This document shows positions 44,694-54,213 of a stretch of 64,000 nt of DNA, piece after piece. Position 1 is the stretch's first letter; every line of letters begins with the position of its first letter. Source of the stretch: an uncultured Sulfitobacter sp. Its GTDB lineage: Bacteria > Pseudomonadota > Alphaproteobacteria > Rhodobacterales > Rhodobacteraceae. A model generated the notes under the pieces. That model searched no databases. It saw nothing but the letters and a program-made list of their open reading frames with translations, and was not told where the DNA came from. The stretch spans positions 80,221 through 144,220 of the forward strand of contig CALFWM010000048.1 in NCBI GenBank assembly GCA_937928635.1, in the 5' to 3' direction. The position numbers were made by a program, and so were the translations under genes.

Positions 44694-47051
44694 ATGGTTC
44701 TTGCTCTTTCAGAAACTTTGGTTGACCCCGGCGAGGGTCAAGTAACGACGCACGCCCATGGCTGTGACTGTAGCGCGTGCCAGGAAAACAAAGCTGAAAA
44801 TATGCAGGTTGGCCCTGTCTCCGAAAGCCGCGAAGAGACTGAGGGCCGGATCGGCGATACGCCGGGCACAGCGGGCAGCATCACGCCGGGTAGCTCTCTT
44901 GTTGGGATCATCGACTACGGCGGCGACACAGATCTCTACCGCGTCACGCTTCAGGCCGGTCAGGTTTATGACATCACCATGACGGGAGGTTCGCTTGGCG
45001 ACCCTCTTCTTCGGCTCTATGATGCGTTTCAGAGACAGGTGGCGTTCAACGATGATTTTGGAGGGTCGTTTGATTCTCAGATCACCTACACGCCAGCCAG
45101 CACCGGAACCTATTACATCTCGGCAGAGGCTTACGACACGTTCTATACCGGCACCTACACTTTGTCGGTTGGTCAAAGCACAAGCCTGCCTGCCCCTGTT
45201 AACGATTGGAGGGATTCGCCCAATTTCACCAGTGCTGCGCTGGATTCGATTTCCTGGGACTCGCGGCTGAGTGATGGAAATATTTCAGTCTATTTTACGC
45301 AGGCGGGAGAAGTGGCAGATGGCGTGACATCCGAAGGGTTCACCAGCTACGAACGTGCCCAATTTCAGCGGGCGTTTGAGATGATCGAGGCGGTGACAAA
45401 CCTGCGTTTCACGGTTGTGAACCGGCCTGACAACGTCGACATGCAGCTTGTTCTGGATACCAACGAAATTGACTTTCTTGGCTATTTTAAACCACCAGGT
45501 GAAACGGGCGGTGGGGTTGGTGTTTTTGCAGGCGATGACTGGGACCGTTCCGCGGGCGGTGATCTGACTGTTGGCGGATATGGTTTTCAAACCATCGTGC
45601 ATGAATTGCTGCATGGTCTGGGTTTGGCCCATCCGCATGATGATGGTGGGTCGTCGATCCGGATGCCGGGCGTGACGTCGAATTTTGATGATTTTGGCAA
45701 CTTTGATCTTAATCAAGGTGTCTACACCACGATGAGCTATAACCGGGGGCTGCTAACCGGTGGGCCCGGGACAGCGCCCGGCAATATTGGCAGCGTCTAT
45801 GGGGTGCAATCGGGCCCGATGGCGTTGGACATCGCAGTTTTGCAGAAATTGTACGGTGAGAACACGACGCACAATTCCGGCAATGACAACTATTATTTGG
45901 ATTCCTCAAATGGTCTGAACACCTATTGGGAGTCGATCTGGGATTCCGGTGGGATTGATGCCATTCGTCATATCGGGCCCGGGGCAGCCAACATTGATCT
46001 GCGCGAAGCAACCTTGCAGGTCGAAGAAGGTGGAGGCGGCTATTTGTCATCCGTCGATGGCATCGCAGGCGGGTTTACCATTGCAAACGGGACCGTCATT
46101 GAACGTGCCTTTGGTGGCGGTGCAAGTGACACGATCCGGGGCAATGCAGCCAACAATGTGCTGGTGGGTGAAGGTGGTTTTGACACGATCTATGGCGGTG
46201 CCGGCGATGATTTCATTAACGGTGGCGCAGGTGCGGACTCGATCTATGCCGAAAACGGCGATGATCAGGTCGTTGGCGGCGACGGCTACGACCAGCTCTA
46301 TGGCGGAAACGGCAATGACACCCTGAATGGCGGTGCAGTGGCAGACGCGCTTTATGGCGGTGCGGGGGATGACCGTTTGGTCGGGGGCACCAATCTGGGG
46401 CTGACACGCGACCAGCTTTATGGTGGCGATGGCACGGATTCGCTTTATGGCGGCGGTGGTTTTGACCTGCTGAATGGTGATGCCGGTGATGATTACATGA
46501 ACGGCGGCCAGCAAGCCGACAATATTTTCGGCGGTAGCGGCAACGATACCATGGTGGGTGAACAGGGTCTGGACCGATTGTTTGGCGGCCTTGGCAATGA
46601 TGTCGGGTTTGGCGGCGACGGCAATGATGGCCTGTTTGGTGCCGAGGGCAACGACACCCTTTATGGGCAACTGGGCAATGACCGCTTTTTTGGCGGCTCC
46701 GGCAACGACCAGCTGTTTGGCAATGCCGGGGCTGACACCATTGGTGGTGGTTCTGGTTTTGATCGAATTGATGGCGGCACTGGCAATGACTTTCTGGTCG
46801 GTAATTTCAACGCGGATGTTTTTGTGTTCGCCAATGGGCATGGCAATGACACCGTCGCTGATTTTGACGCAACCAATCCGGGTGAACGGCTGGACTTTAG
46901 CGCACTAACCACATTGAACAGTGTGGCCGATGTACTGAATGCGGGTGGTGCGGTTGGGGTTAACTACCTGATCCAAACCGGCGGCGGGAATACCATTTTG
47001 CTGGGCCGCGTGAGCGAGAGCGATCTGGACGCAAGCGACTTTATCTTCTGA
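44694..47051 (+). CDS. secreted RTX metalloprotease-like protein: PPC-type domain plus metzincin (serralysin-like) domain plus GGxGxD calcium-binding repeats
   Basis: ORF track 44679..47051. The ATG at 44694 sits 8 nt after GGGAG. Zinc motif 'VHELLHGLGLAHPHD' (HExxHxxGxxH), Met-turn 'TTMSY', more than 15 nonapeptide 'GGAGDDxLxG'-type repeats, and a C-terminal 'DASDFIF'. Confidence 0.85.
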   Translation: MVLALSETLVDPGEGQVTTHAHGCDCSACQENKAENMQVGPVSESREETEGRIGDTPGTAGSITPGSSLVGIIDYGGDTDLYRVTLQAGQVYDITMTGGSLGDPLLRLYDAFQRQVAFNDDFGGSFDSQITYTPASTGTYYISAEAYDTFYTGTYTLSVGQSTSLPAPVNDWRDSPNFTSAALDSISWDSRLSDGNISVYFTQAGEVADGVTSEGFTSYERAQFQRAFEMIEAVTNLRFTVVNRPDNVDMQLVLDTNEIDFLGYFKPPGETGGGVGVFAGDDWDRSAGGDLTVGGYGFQTIVHELLHGLGLAHPHDDGGSSIRMPGVTSNFDDFGNFDLNQGVYTTMSYNRGLLTGGPGTAPGNIGSVYGVQSGPMALDIAVLQKLYGENTTHNSGNDNYYLDSSNGLNTYWESIWDSGGIDAIRHIGPGAANIDLREATLQVEEGGGGYLSSVDGIAGGFTIANGTVIERAFGGGASDTIRGNAANNVLVGEGGFDTIYGGAGDDFINGGAGADSIYAENGDDQVVGGDGYDQLYGGNGNDTLNGGAVADALYGGAGDDRLVGGTNLGLTRDQLYGGDGTDSLYGGGGFDLLNGDAGDDYMNGGQQADNIFGGSGNDTMVGEQGLDRLFGGLGNDVGFGGDGNDGLFGAEGNDTLYGQLGNDRFFGGSGNDQLFGNAGADTIGGGSGFDRIDGGTGNDFLVGNFNADVFVFANGHGNDTVADFDATNPGERLDFSALTTLNSVADVLNAGGAVGVNYLIQTGGGNTILLGRVSESDLDASDFIF

Positions 47052-47077
47052 GGGAAAGCCGCCTGCCTGTATTGTGA

Positions 47078-47920
47078 TCAGCGCGGGGTGGCGATGTAAT
47101 TATTGACGCGCCGCTCAACGGGTTCGACCCGTTTCATATCGTAGTTATGCGCTTCCATCAGCGCCAACACTTCTGGTCTGGTGTGTTTCCAGGCTTCTAT
47201 CATCATATTGGGGCGCGCGCGCGCGATGGTGTCATGCATACCATTCAGACAAGCCAGCTCATGCCCTTCTACGTCCACTTTGATGGCTGTTGGCATAACG
47301 TCGGGCATAAAACTGTCGATTGAAACGGTGCGAATGGTGCGCGTGCCATGCAGGGCAAGCCCCTCTTTGGCGTAGATCGAATTGCCTGTCGCAAGCGCGT
47401 TTTCACTGCGATACAGATTGATTTCTACCGTGCCCTCGCTGTCTGACGCGGCAAAGGCGTGTTGCGTGATCCGTCGGCCCAGACCGTTGAGTTTGATGTT
47501 CACATTGGCCCGCTCAATGACGCGGTCCAAGGGTTCAAACAAGTGAACCTCATTTTCAGGATGGGTGCGGGCGGCGAGCAGAGACATCAGCCCGGTATAG
47601 GCCCCGATGTCCAGGACCACGCCGGGGGATTTACACCAGGACACCCAGGTTTTCACGAACTCAGGCTCATAACCATCTTCGCCCCGCCACAGGTAATCCC
47701 AGACCACCACATCATCATGGGCATGAAACATTACAAATTCCAAACCCGCCGCGCGGCAGGGCATGATCCCAAAGGACGGGTATTTCTTTTTCAATGCAGG
47801 CAACTCGGCCTCTGTGACAGTCCCGTCTTTCAGACCCCGCCGAAAGGCGGCGGCGGCCTTCAGCATGGCGGCGTTGCGGGCTTCGATTTCGGTGATGCGA
47901 ATATTGGCAGGAAACATCAA
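47078..47920 (-). CDS. FkbM family methyltransferase
   Basis: 280 aa. 'VVLDIGAYTGLMS', 'VHLFEP' and 'IKVDVEGHE' are FkbM-type SAM-methyltransferase motifs. Confidence 0.8.
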   Translation of the reverse strand: MMFPANIRITEIEARNAAMLKAAAAFRRGLKDGTVTEAELPALKKKYPSFGIMPCRAAGLEFVMFHAHDDVVVWDYLWRGEDGYEPEFVKTWVSWCKSPGVVLDIGAYTGLMSLLAARTHPENEVHLFEPLDRVIERANVNIKLNGLGRRITQHAFAASDSEGTVEINLYRSENALATGNSIYAKEGLALHGTRTIRTVSIDSFMPDVMPTAIKVDVEGHELACLNGMHDTIARARPNMMIEAWKHTRPEVLALMEAHNYDMKRVEPVERRVNNYIATPR

Positions 47921-48061
47921 AGGTCGCTTTCTTTAAAGTGGCTCAAAAGGCATATCGTTTGGTTTCACGATCACCCCACGATTGCAACTCTTGTTGGATT
48001 GTTGAACCTTTACGTCTGCTGGTCAAAAGGCTACTGCAGAGCGGAATTATCGACAAGGCTG

Positions 48062-48931
48062 GTGGACGTGAGAGTAGACAAAACCTTTTCAAAATTGTTC
48101 CTTAGTGTTGGCGCGATGAAGGCCGGGACAACCTGGCTATATGCCAATCTGTCACGCCATCCAGCGCTGCATTTTGCGATGGAAAAGGAGATTCACTATT
48201 TCTACCATCACTACATCAACAACAACTTCCTGAACGAAGACCGCCGCCTGCGCGAAGCAAAAAACCGATATATTTCCAGGTTTGATCCTGAAAAAGCCAA
48301 CATCGACGCTGTGCGTCAGAACCTACAATGGGTCACCGCGTATCTGGATAGCCCCGTTAACGATACCTGGTTCCGCAACCTGTTTCACCTGCGCCGACGG
48401 CAGATATATGCCTGCGACTTTTCCAACCTGAACTCGCACCTGCCCGCTGCCGCCTGGCAGGACATTGAAGGCAAATGCAGCAAACTGCGTGTGCTTTACA
48501 CCATGCGCGATCCGGTCAAGCGGTTGTGGAGTCATACGAAATTTCAACTGCAACTGATGGGGCAGGTTGAGAACCTTGATACGTGGGGTCCAAAAGAGTT
48601 CCGCAAATTCACCAAGCAGGATCATCTTTGGGTGAATGCAGAATACGGCAAGGCATTGCGTGCCCTTAAGACGGGTTTGGCGCCAGAAACGCTCAAGGTG
48701 ATGTTCTATGAGGACATCCACGCCGACCAGCGCGGCACGCTGCGTCAGATCGAAGAGTTTCTGAACCTCAAACCCTTTGATTACCCGCAAGCGGTGCTCG
48801 ACAAACGGTTCACCGAAAGCGTGAAGCACAAAATGCCGGATTTCTTTCCCGAGCTGTTTGAAAAAGAAATCGCGCGCATCCGTGTGGAGATCGAGGCCGA
48901 GGGTTACACATTACCTGCCTCCTGGGGCTAA
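48062..48931 (+). CDS. sulfotransferase family protein
   Basis: This is the 3' part of ORF 47459..48931. The 5'-PSB-like motif is 'GAMKAGTTWLY' and the 3'-PB-like motif is 'YTMRDPVKRLWSH'. The start (GTG at 48062 or 48068) is uncertain. The upstream 600 nt are antisense to the FkbM gene and were discarded. Confidence 0.7.
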   Translation: MDVRVDKTFSKLFLSVGAMKAGTTWLYANLSRHPALHFAMEKEIHYFYHHYINNNFLNEDRRLREAKNRYISRFDPEKANIDAVRQNLQWVTAYLDSPVNDTWFRNLFHLRRRQIYACDFSNLNSHLPAAAWQDIEGKCSKLRVLYTMRDPVKRLWSHTKFQLQLMGQVENLDTWGPKEFRKFTKQDHLWVNAEYGKALRALKTGLAPETLKVMFYEDIHADQRGTLRQIEEFLNLKPFDYPQAVLDKRFTESVKHKMPDFFPELFEKEIARIRVEIEAEGYTLPASWG

Positions 48932-48941
48932 CCTATCGCCG

Positions 48942-49745
48942 TCACTTGTTCAGAATGTCGCGGTGGTATCTGTTTAGCAGGAAGAGCCCCGAAATGCAGG
49001 CCGTCGCAGACAGCGCAAGCGGATAGACAAATGAGATGTGGTCCGGGCGGTAGAAGGGGTAAAACCCATCCCGCATCAATCCAATGACATGCACCAGTGG
49101 ATTGTACCAAAGATAGTCAGAATAAGGCTGCGGCACGGCCTCAAACAAGAAAAAGATACCTGAAATCAGGAACATAGGCCGCGACAGGATCGCCCAGGCC
49201 GTCTGCCAAAGCGGATAGGCAAGGGTGAGAAAACTGTTCAGCGTGCCAAATCCGATCGCGATTGCAAAAGCCATCAGATAGGCCTGCAGTATGATTGAGA
49301 AATCAAAGGTCGTTTCGGGCCGCTGGTAAAACACAATGAACCCCAAAACCGCAAAGTGTACCAACATATGGGTGGAGGCATTCAGCAAGAACCGTGCAAC
49401 CAGAGCATCCACAAACGTAACCCGCGGATAAGACAGCAAGGATCGGCTGAACTGGACGGTCTGGCCCAGCTTGTTGGTGATGTCCGAATACATCAAAAAG
49501 GGCAGCATGCCAGAGGCGTAAAACAGCGCAAAGTTGGTGCCCAGTGGTGGGGTGCGAAAGCCGACCGAAAAGATCAGCGTCAAAAGAGCGATACCGGCAG
49601 CTGGTTCAAGAATGGCCCAGACATATCCTCCCGGTGAGCGTCCATAGGTTGTCACCATTTCGCGCAGAACCATCGCCGCAATCGCTCTGATCGTGGCACC
49701 ACGGGCCCGCACAGGGCGAAGAACAGCTTGCTTAGGTGATGACAT
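48942..49745 (-). CDS. kpsM: capsule/polysaccharide export ABC-2 permease
   Basis: ORF track 48942..50126. I trimmed to the ATG at 49745 ('MSSPKQAVLRPV...REMVTTYGRSPGGYVWAILEP'), 9 nt after GGGAGG. 267 aa, ABC-2 type. Confidence 0.85.
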   Translation of the reverse strand: MSSPKQAVLRPVRARGATIRAIAAMVLREMVTTYGRSPGGYVWAILEPAAGIALLTLIFSVGFRTPPLGTNFALFYASGMLPFLMYSDITNKLGQTVQFSRSLLSYPRVTFVDALVARFLLNASTHMLVHFAVLGFIVFYQRPETTFDFSIILQAYLMAFAIAIGFGTLNSFLTLAYPLWQTAWAILSRPMFLISGIFFLFEAVPQPYSDYLWYNPLVHVIGLMRDGFYPFYRPDHISFVYPLALSATACISGLFLLNRYHRDILNK

Positions 49746-49837
49746 AGGTCCCATCCTCCCGACTGGATACCTTAACGCAACTGTTGTATCCGTATTCGGT
49801 AGAAGACTATGAATATAGAACAGAAAAGAAGTGCACA

Positions 49838-51226
49838 ATGGCTGATGGAGACTCTGACAAGGGTGATCCGAAGGCGCCACGGCGGCTCTCGCTTGGCGAT
49901 CACACGCGGATAGCACCTGTGAGAGAACCGGGTGCGCCCGCGCGCCCGGCACCCGGTGCAGTTCCTGCGCGTGGTGCGCCAACTGTACCAGCACCGGCCG
50001 CACGGCCAGCTCCCGTGCCCGCGCCCCCCGTCGGTATTGATTTGGACGAACCCGCACCACCCCCACGTGGCGCACCGAATGCGCAAAAATACACGATGAA
50101 GCCACAGGCCCTGCCCGCAAGAACACGCAGGCGACATGTATTTCTGATCTTGTCGTTTCTTTTGCTTGTTGTGTTGCCCGGTGCAGCAGCAGGATATTAT
50201 TTGTATTTTCGAGCGGTGGATCAATACGCCTCTGACGTGGGCTTTTCCGTGCGGACGGAGGAGCAAAGCTCGGCCATTGAACTGTTGGGCGGCATTACAG
50301 AGCTTGCCGGCTCCAGCACCTCTGACACAGATATTTTGTTTGCATATCTCACCAGCCAGGAATTGGTCACACGGGTTGATAACCGGGTTGATCTGCGCGC
50401 GATCTGGTCAAAACCCGGTATGGATGTGGACCCGTTTTTTGCCTATGATCCCGAGGGCACCATCGAGGATTTGGTGAACCACTGGGAACGCAAGGTCACC
50501 ATTATTTACGACAGCGGCACCGGGTTGATTGACCTCAAGGTGCTGGCCTTTGATCCCAAGGATGCCTTTGCCATCACGGAGGTCATTCTGGACGAATGTA
50601 CCCAGATGATTAATGACCTGTCCAATGTCGCACAGGAAGATTCCATCCGCTTTACCCGTGATGAACTGGCCAATGCGGTCGAGCGCCTGAAATCTGCGCG
50701 GCAGGAATTAACCAGATTCCGCAACCGCACACAGATTGTGGACCCAACCATTGATACACAAAACCAGATGGGTGTTTTGGTGTCTTTGCAGTCGCGTTTG
50801 GCCGATGCCTTGGTGGACCTTGATTTCACGCGTGAAGGAAACCCAAATGACCCGCGCATCCTGGAAAAAGAACAGATCGTCGAGGTCATTAACAACCGCA
50901 TCGCGGCTGAGCGCCGTAAGCTGGGGTTGGGTGCTGAGGACAATACGGGCGAGGCATTTGCCAACCTTGTTGGCGAATACGAAGGCTTGGTTGTGGACCG
51001 TGAATTTGCCGAAACAGCCTATGTTGCGTCCCTCGCCGCCCACGACGCGGCCCTTGCAGAAGTGCGCAAGCAAAGCCGCTATCTGGCAGCGCATGTGAAA
51101 CCCACAATGGCCCAAAAGGCGGAGTTCCCGGAGCGGATCAAGATCCTGTCGCTGTTGCTGATGTTTGCGTTCTTTGTCTGGGCGATCCTGTGTCTGGTCT
51201 ATTACAGTGTGCGCGACCGGAGTTAA
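49838..51226 (+). CDS. kpsE: capsule export polysaccharide co-polymerase (KpsE-like) with a Pro/Ala-rich N-terminal extension
   Basis: ORF track 49784..51226; the ATG at 49838 is preferred. 'RRRHVFLILSFLLLVVLPGAAAGYYLYFRAVDQYASDVGFSVR' is the KpsE hallmark, and there is a C-terminal TM segment. Residues ~1-95 are low-complexity P/A/R. Confidence 0.8.
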   Translation: MADGDSDKGDPKAPRRLSLGDHTRIAPVREPGAPARPAPGAVPARGAPTVPAPAARPAPVPAPPVGIDLDEPAPPPRGAPNAQKYTMKPQALPARTRRRHVFLILSFLLLVVLPGAAAGYYLYFRAVDQYASDVGFSVRTEEQSSAIELLGGITELAGSSTSDTDILFAYLTSQELVTRVDNRVDLRAIWSKPGMDVDPFFAYDPEGTIEDLVNHWERKVTIIYDSGTGLIDLKVLAFDPKDAFAITEVILDECTQMINDLSNVAQEDSIRFTRDELANAVERLKSARQELTRFRNRTQIVDPTIDTQNQMGVLVSLQSRLADALVDLDFTREGNPNDPRILEKEQIVEVINNRIAAERRKLGLGAEDNTGEAFANLVGEYEGLVVDREFAETAYVASLAAHDAALAEVRKQSRYLAAHVKPTMAQKAEFPERIKILSLLLMFAFFVWAILCLVYYSVRDRS

Positions 51227-51235
51227 GCGCGCGCC

Positions 51236-51904
51236 ATGATCCATCTGGAAAACCTAACCAAGTTTTACCACACCAGGGGTGGCCGCAAGATGATTGTGGA
51301 CAACCTGACCGCGACCTTTCCCAGCGGGGCGAGCATTGCGTTGTTGGGGCGGAACGGTGCCGGGAAATCCACGCTTTTGCAGCTGATTGCGGGGACGATC
51401 CGGCCAACGTCAGGGCGCATCCTGTCCACCGGTTCCATTTCCTATCCCGTTGGGTTTTCAGGGTCATTTCATCAGGATTTGACCGGCGTTCAAAATACCC
51501 GGTTTGTGGGTCGCCTGTACGGTGTGGACACCGACATGCTGGTTGATTTTGTTGAGGATTTTGCCGAGTTAGGCGCACATTTCCGCATGCCGCTGCGCAC
51601 CTATTCGTCAGGCATGCGCTCGCGGCTGTCCTTTGGGGTGTCCATGGGTATTCCTTTTGACACTTACCTTGTCGATGAAGTGACATCAGTCGGTGATGGA
51701 TCGTTCCGGCAGAAATCAGTGCAGGTGTTTGATCAGCGCATGGAAACCTCCGGGTCGATTGTGGTCACACACTCCCCACCGATGGTGCGTCGCATGTGCG
51801 AGATGGCCGTGGTGTTGGAACGTGGCAAGTTGGTGTTTTACAATGACATTGATGCCGCACTTGAGCATCATGACCGTAATCTTGCCTTGCCGCCTTCAAT
51901 CTAA
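51236..51904 (+). CDS. kpsT: capsule export ABC transporter ATP-binding protein
   Basis: 222 aa. 'GRNGAGKSTLL', 'YSSGMRSRLSFG', 'YLVDE'. Confidence 0.85.
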   Translation: MIHLENLTKFYHTRGGRKMIVDNLTATFPSGASIALLGRNGAGKSTLLQLIAGTIRPTSGRILSTGSISYPVGFSGSFHQDLTGVQNTRFVGRLYGVDTDMLVDFVEDFAELGAHFRMPLRTYSSGMRSRLSFGVSMGIPFDTYLVDEVTSVGDGSFRQKSVQVFDQRMETSGSIVVTHSPPMVRRMCEMAVVLERGKLVFYNDIDAALEHHDRNLALPPSI

Positions 51905-52014
51905 AGCAGAAATCCGTAAATCTGAATCACTTGACGCTGCCTGAAATCAAAGATTTCAACGCGTTGAGTGACGCTCCGCGCTGCAGATTGAACGGATTTC
52001 GCTCTGGACGACCC

Positions 52015-53157
52015 TCAGGTGTGCAGGAGTTTTTGCAGCAAATCACGGCTTTGTTTGGCAAAGACTTCGGCAGACCAGTGACTCTCCCATGCGGCTCGAA
52101 TTGCAGCGCGTGATGCAACCCTGTCTGAATGGTAATGGTCCAACAGTTGGACGATCCTGGCGGCGTCCGCAGCAAGATCGTCAAAATCAAACACCTGTGC
52201 AAAGGGGCTGGATGCCGCCAGATCATTGGCACCCCTGAAGCGGCTTAGGATCACGGGCAATCCGGCCTCAAACGCCTCAAGCGCGCCAATGGGCAAACCT
52301 TCATAACGCGAGCATAACATGTACCCGTCGGCACCCATCAGAGCGTTGCGCACATCGCGCAATGGGCCCGCAAAGCGGATGCGTGCGGCAACATCTGCGG
52401 GCAGGTTCGCGGTGATCTCGCGTTGAAAGGCCGGCTCATCCGTTCCGGCCCCGCAGAGCGTCAGCGTATAGTCCGCTGGTAAGTGCGCCAGCATCTGTGC
52501 GGCCAGGGGGTAGTTCTTTTGCCAGCCAACGCGGCCGGTCATCACCAGCCTGCCGCGCCCCGATGTGGGTTTGGGCAAGGCTCCTAGGTCAGAGCAATTT
52601 GGCAGCACATGACTGTTGTGTTTGGCCATGCGGTGGGGGCCCATCGCCTGTGCCATCTGATCCGCCATCGGCTGGGACAGAAAGATCAGGTCAAGAGGAG
52701 GGCAAAGCGTCAGCAGCAGTTTTTCCAACAGCTTTGAAACACGGCTGTTGCGCGGCTTGTGTCCCGGTCCAAAGGGAAGACCGTGAAAGGTAACCGCAAC
52801 CCGTGCCTTGGGGCGCCATAGCCGCAGCGCAAGCGCAAAGCGGCCCATCAAGACTGGCATGCGGGCGTGCAGCCAGATGAGATCAGCGGGTGCGTGGCGC
52901 AGGTGCTGCAGTAACCCACGCCAGCCACCCCACAGGTGGCGCAGTGATCGTTGGGTTTGCAGCCCGGGGATGGTGATGTGCGTAGCCCCTTTATTAGATG
53001 CAGCGTCAAAGCCCCCTTGGTTTTCATCGCTGATTACCGTGACGTTTGCCACCTCGCGAAAGCTATCCGCCAAATGCATGATGTGACGGGGCACGCCAGA
53101 GTTGCCACCATCCCCGCCAATCAGGGTGATCCGGGGCAAGGGGTTAGATTCGACCAA
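52015..53157 (-). CDS. glycosyltransferase (GT-B fold, GT4-like)
   Basis: ORF track 52015..53214. The TTG at 53157 overlaps the upstream stop by 14 nt and is my preferred start, though it is uncertain. The C-terminal half 'GRVGWQKNY...CSRYEGLPIGALEAFEAGLPVI' is GT4-like. Confidence 0.75.
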   Translation of the reverse strand: MVESNPLPRITLIGGDGGNSGVPRHIMHLADSFREVANVTVISDENQGGFDAASNKGATHITIPGLQTQRSLRHLWGGWRGLLQHLRHAPADLIWLHARMPVLMGRFALALRLWRPKARVAVTFHGLPFGPGHKPRNSRVSKLLEKLLLTLCPPLDLIFLSQPMADQMAQAMGPHRMAKHNSHVLPNCSDLGALPKPTSGRGRLVMTGRVGWQKNYPLAAQMLAHLPADYTLTLCGAGTDEPAFQREITANLPADVAARIRFAGPLRDVRNALMGADGYMLCSRYEGLPIGALEAFEAGLPVILSRFRGANDLAASSPFAQVFDFDDLAADAARIVQLLDHYHSDRVASRAAIRAAWESHWSAEVFAKQSRDLLQKLLHT

Positions 53158-54124
53158 GACAGGCGGCCCCCCAAAACCCAAGATTGCCCATGGTGGTCTG
53201 GCGGTAGGGGCCAATGCGGCGCAGGGCGTTCAGGCGCGGTAAAATCGTGGCTGTGCGGGCCTGCGCGAATGCATCCAATGTCTGTTGGTTTTCAGGTGTC
53301 AGCAAATCCCTGACGGCATCAAGAGCGTGCAGGTTGCTTTTGATCCGGTCCGCAAATGCACCTTGCAGGACTTTCATCTTACGCTGCACCTGTGCGGTCG
53401 CCGTCTGCCCACCGCCAATCGCATTACCCTCATGCTGGCGATAGAGCAGTCCGGGTGCGCCACTGTCAAAACAGACCTTCCCCCCGGCACCCGTGATCAG
53501 AAGGTAAAGCCACCAATCATGGGCAAAAACAGCAGGGCTGCGTTGGGCCGCGCTGCGGGCAAGGCGGGCCGCGGCAGGGTTCAGCATGATGGTGTTGCCG
53601 GTTGCAATGTTTTCAATCAATGCATTTCGAAAGCTGGACGGACGGGTCGGCAGATGTGACGCCACGCGCCGGTCCATGTTTGGATACCAATACCAGCACC
53701 GCACGGAATAAAGCGCTGGTTCCTGCGTCTGACCGCCAAGATGCGCCACGGCGCGGGCAATTTTGTCAGGCTCCCAAATGTCATCCTGATCGGCAAAGCC
53801 AACGTATCCAACACCGGCTGGAAGCCGCGCAATCATCTGTATGAAGTTTGCGGAAAATCCCCGTTTCGGGCCGTTGAGGACACGTACCTGATTTGGGGTG
53901 CTGTCCGCAAAGCGCTGAATGATGTCGCGGCTATCGTCGTCAGACCCATCGTCACTGCACAGCATTTCCCAGTTTTTGTGGCTTTGCGCCGCGATACTTT
54001 TCAGTTGTTCGGGCAGGTGCGCCGCACCATTGCGCACCCCCATCAGAAGCGTGACCTTTTGGTCGGTCAGATTGCTGTCCGGGATTGACACGGGGGGTGG
54101 TTCCACCTGCATTTGATCGTGCAC
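53144..54124 (-). CDS. glycosyltransferase family 2
   Basis: 326 aa. 'VTLLMGVRNGAAHLPEQLKSIAAQSHKNWEMLCSDDGSDDDS' and 'FADQDDIW' (DxD). Confidence 0.85.
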   Translation of the reverse strand: MHDQMQVEPPPVSIPDSNLTDQKVTLLMGVRNGAAHLPEQLKSIAAQSHKNWEMLCSDDGSDDDSRDIIQRFADSTPNQVRVLNGPKRGFSANFIQMIARLPAGVGYVGFADQDDIWEPDKIARAVAHLGGQTQEPALYSVRCWYWYPNMDRRVASHLPTRPSSFRNALIENIATGNTIMLNPAAARLARSAAQRSPAVFAHDWWLYLLITGAGGKVCFDSGAPGLLYRQHEGNAIGGGQTATAQVQRKMKVLQGAFADRIKSNLHALDAVRDLLTPENQQTLDAFAQARTATILPRLNALRRIGPYRQTTMGNLGFWGAACLGRI

Positions 54125-54213
54125 GTCAGCGCGATATATGGTTTATCAGCTTTAGAATTTCGAGTGGAACTAAACTATCCGAGCGACGGCGGAAAGCTCA
54201 AGGAAACTTATTG

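Noticed and set aside
46047-46841. A 264-aa minus-strand ORF and periodic nucleotide repeats lie within the RTX regions (also 56742-57737 on the plus strand). These could be a tandem-repeat element or a CRISPR-like array.
   Set aside because: The periodicity is the 27-nt coding repeat of GGxGxD nonapeptides. The repeats are degenerate and have no unique spacers. The opposite-strand ORFs are a by-product of the repeat composition.
47105-47125. A 'GGGTTCGACCC' T-arm-like sequence suggested a tRNA.
   Set aside because: It lies inside the FkbM coding sequence. No acceptor-stem, D-arm or anticodon-arm pairing can be drawn around it.
47459-48061. The 5' 600 nt of the 490-aa ORF 47459..48931 would suggest a much longer sulfotransferase.
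   Set aside because: This part is exactly antisense to the well-supported FkbM methyltransferase gene (47078-47920) and has no motif content. The sulfotransferase homology starts around residue 200, so I placed the start at about 48062.
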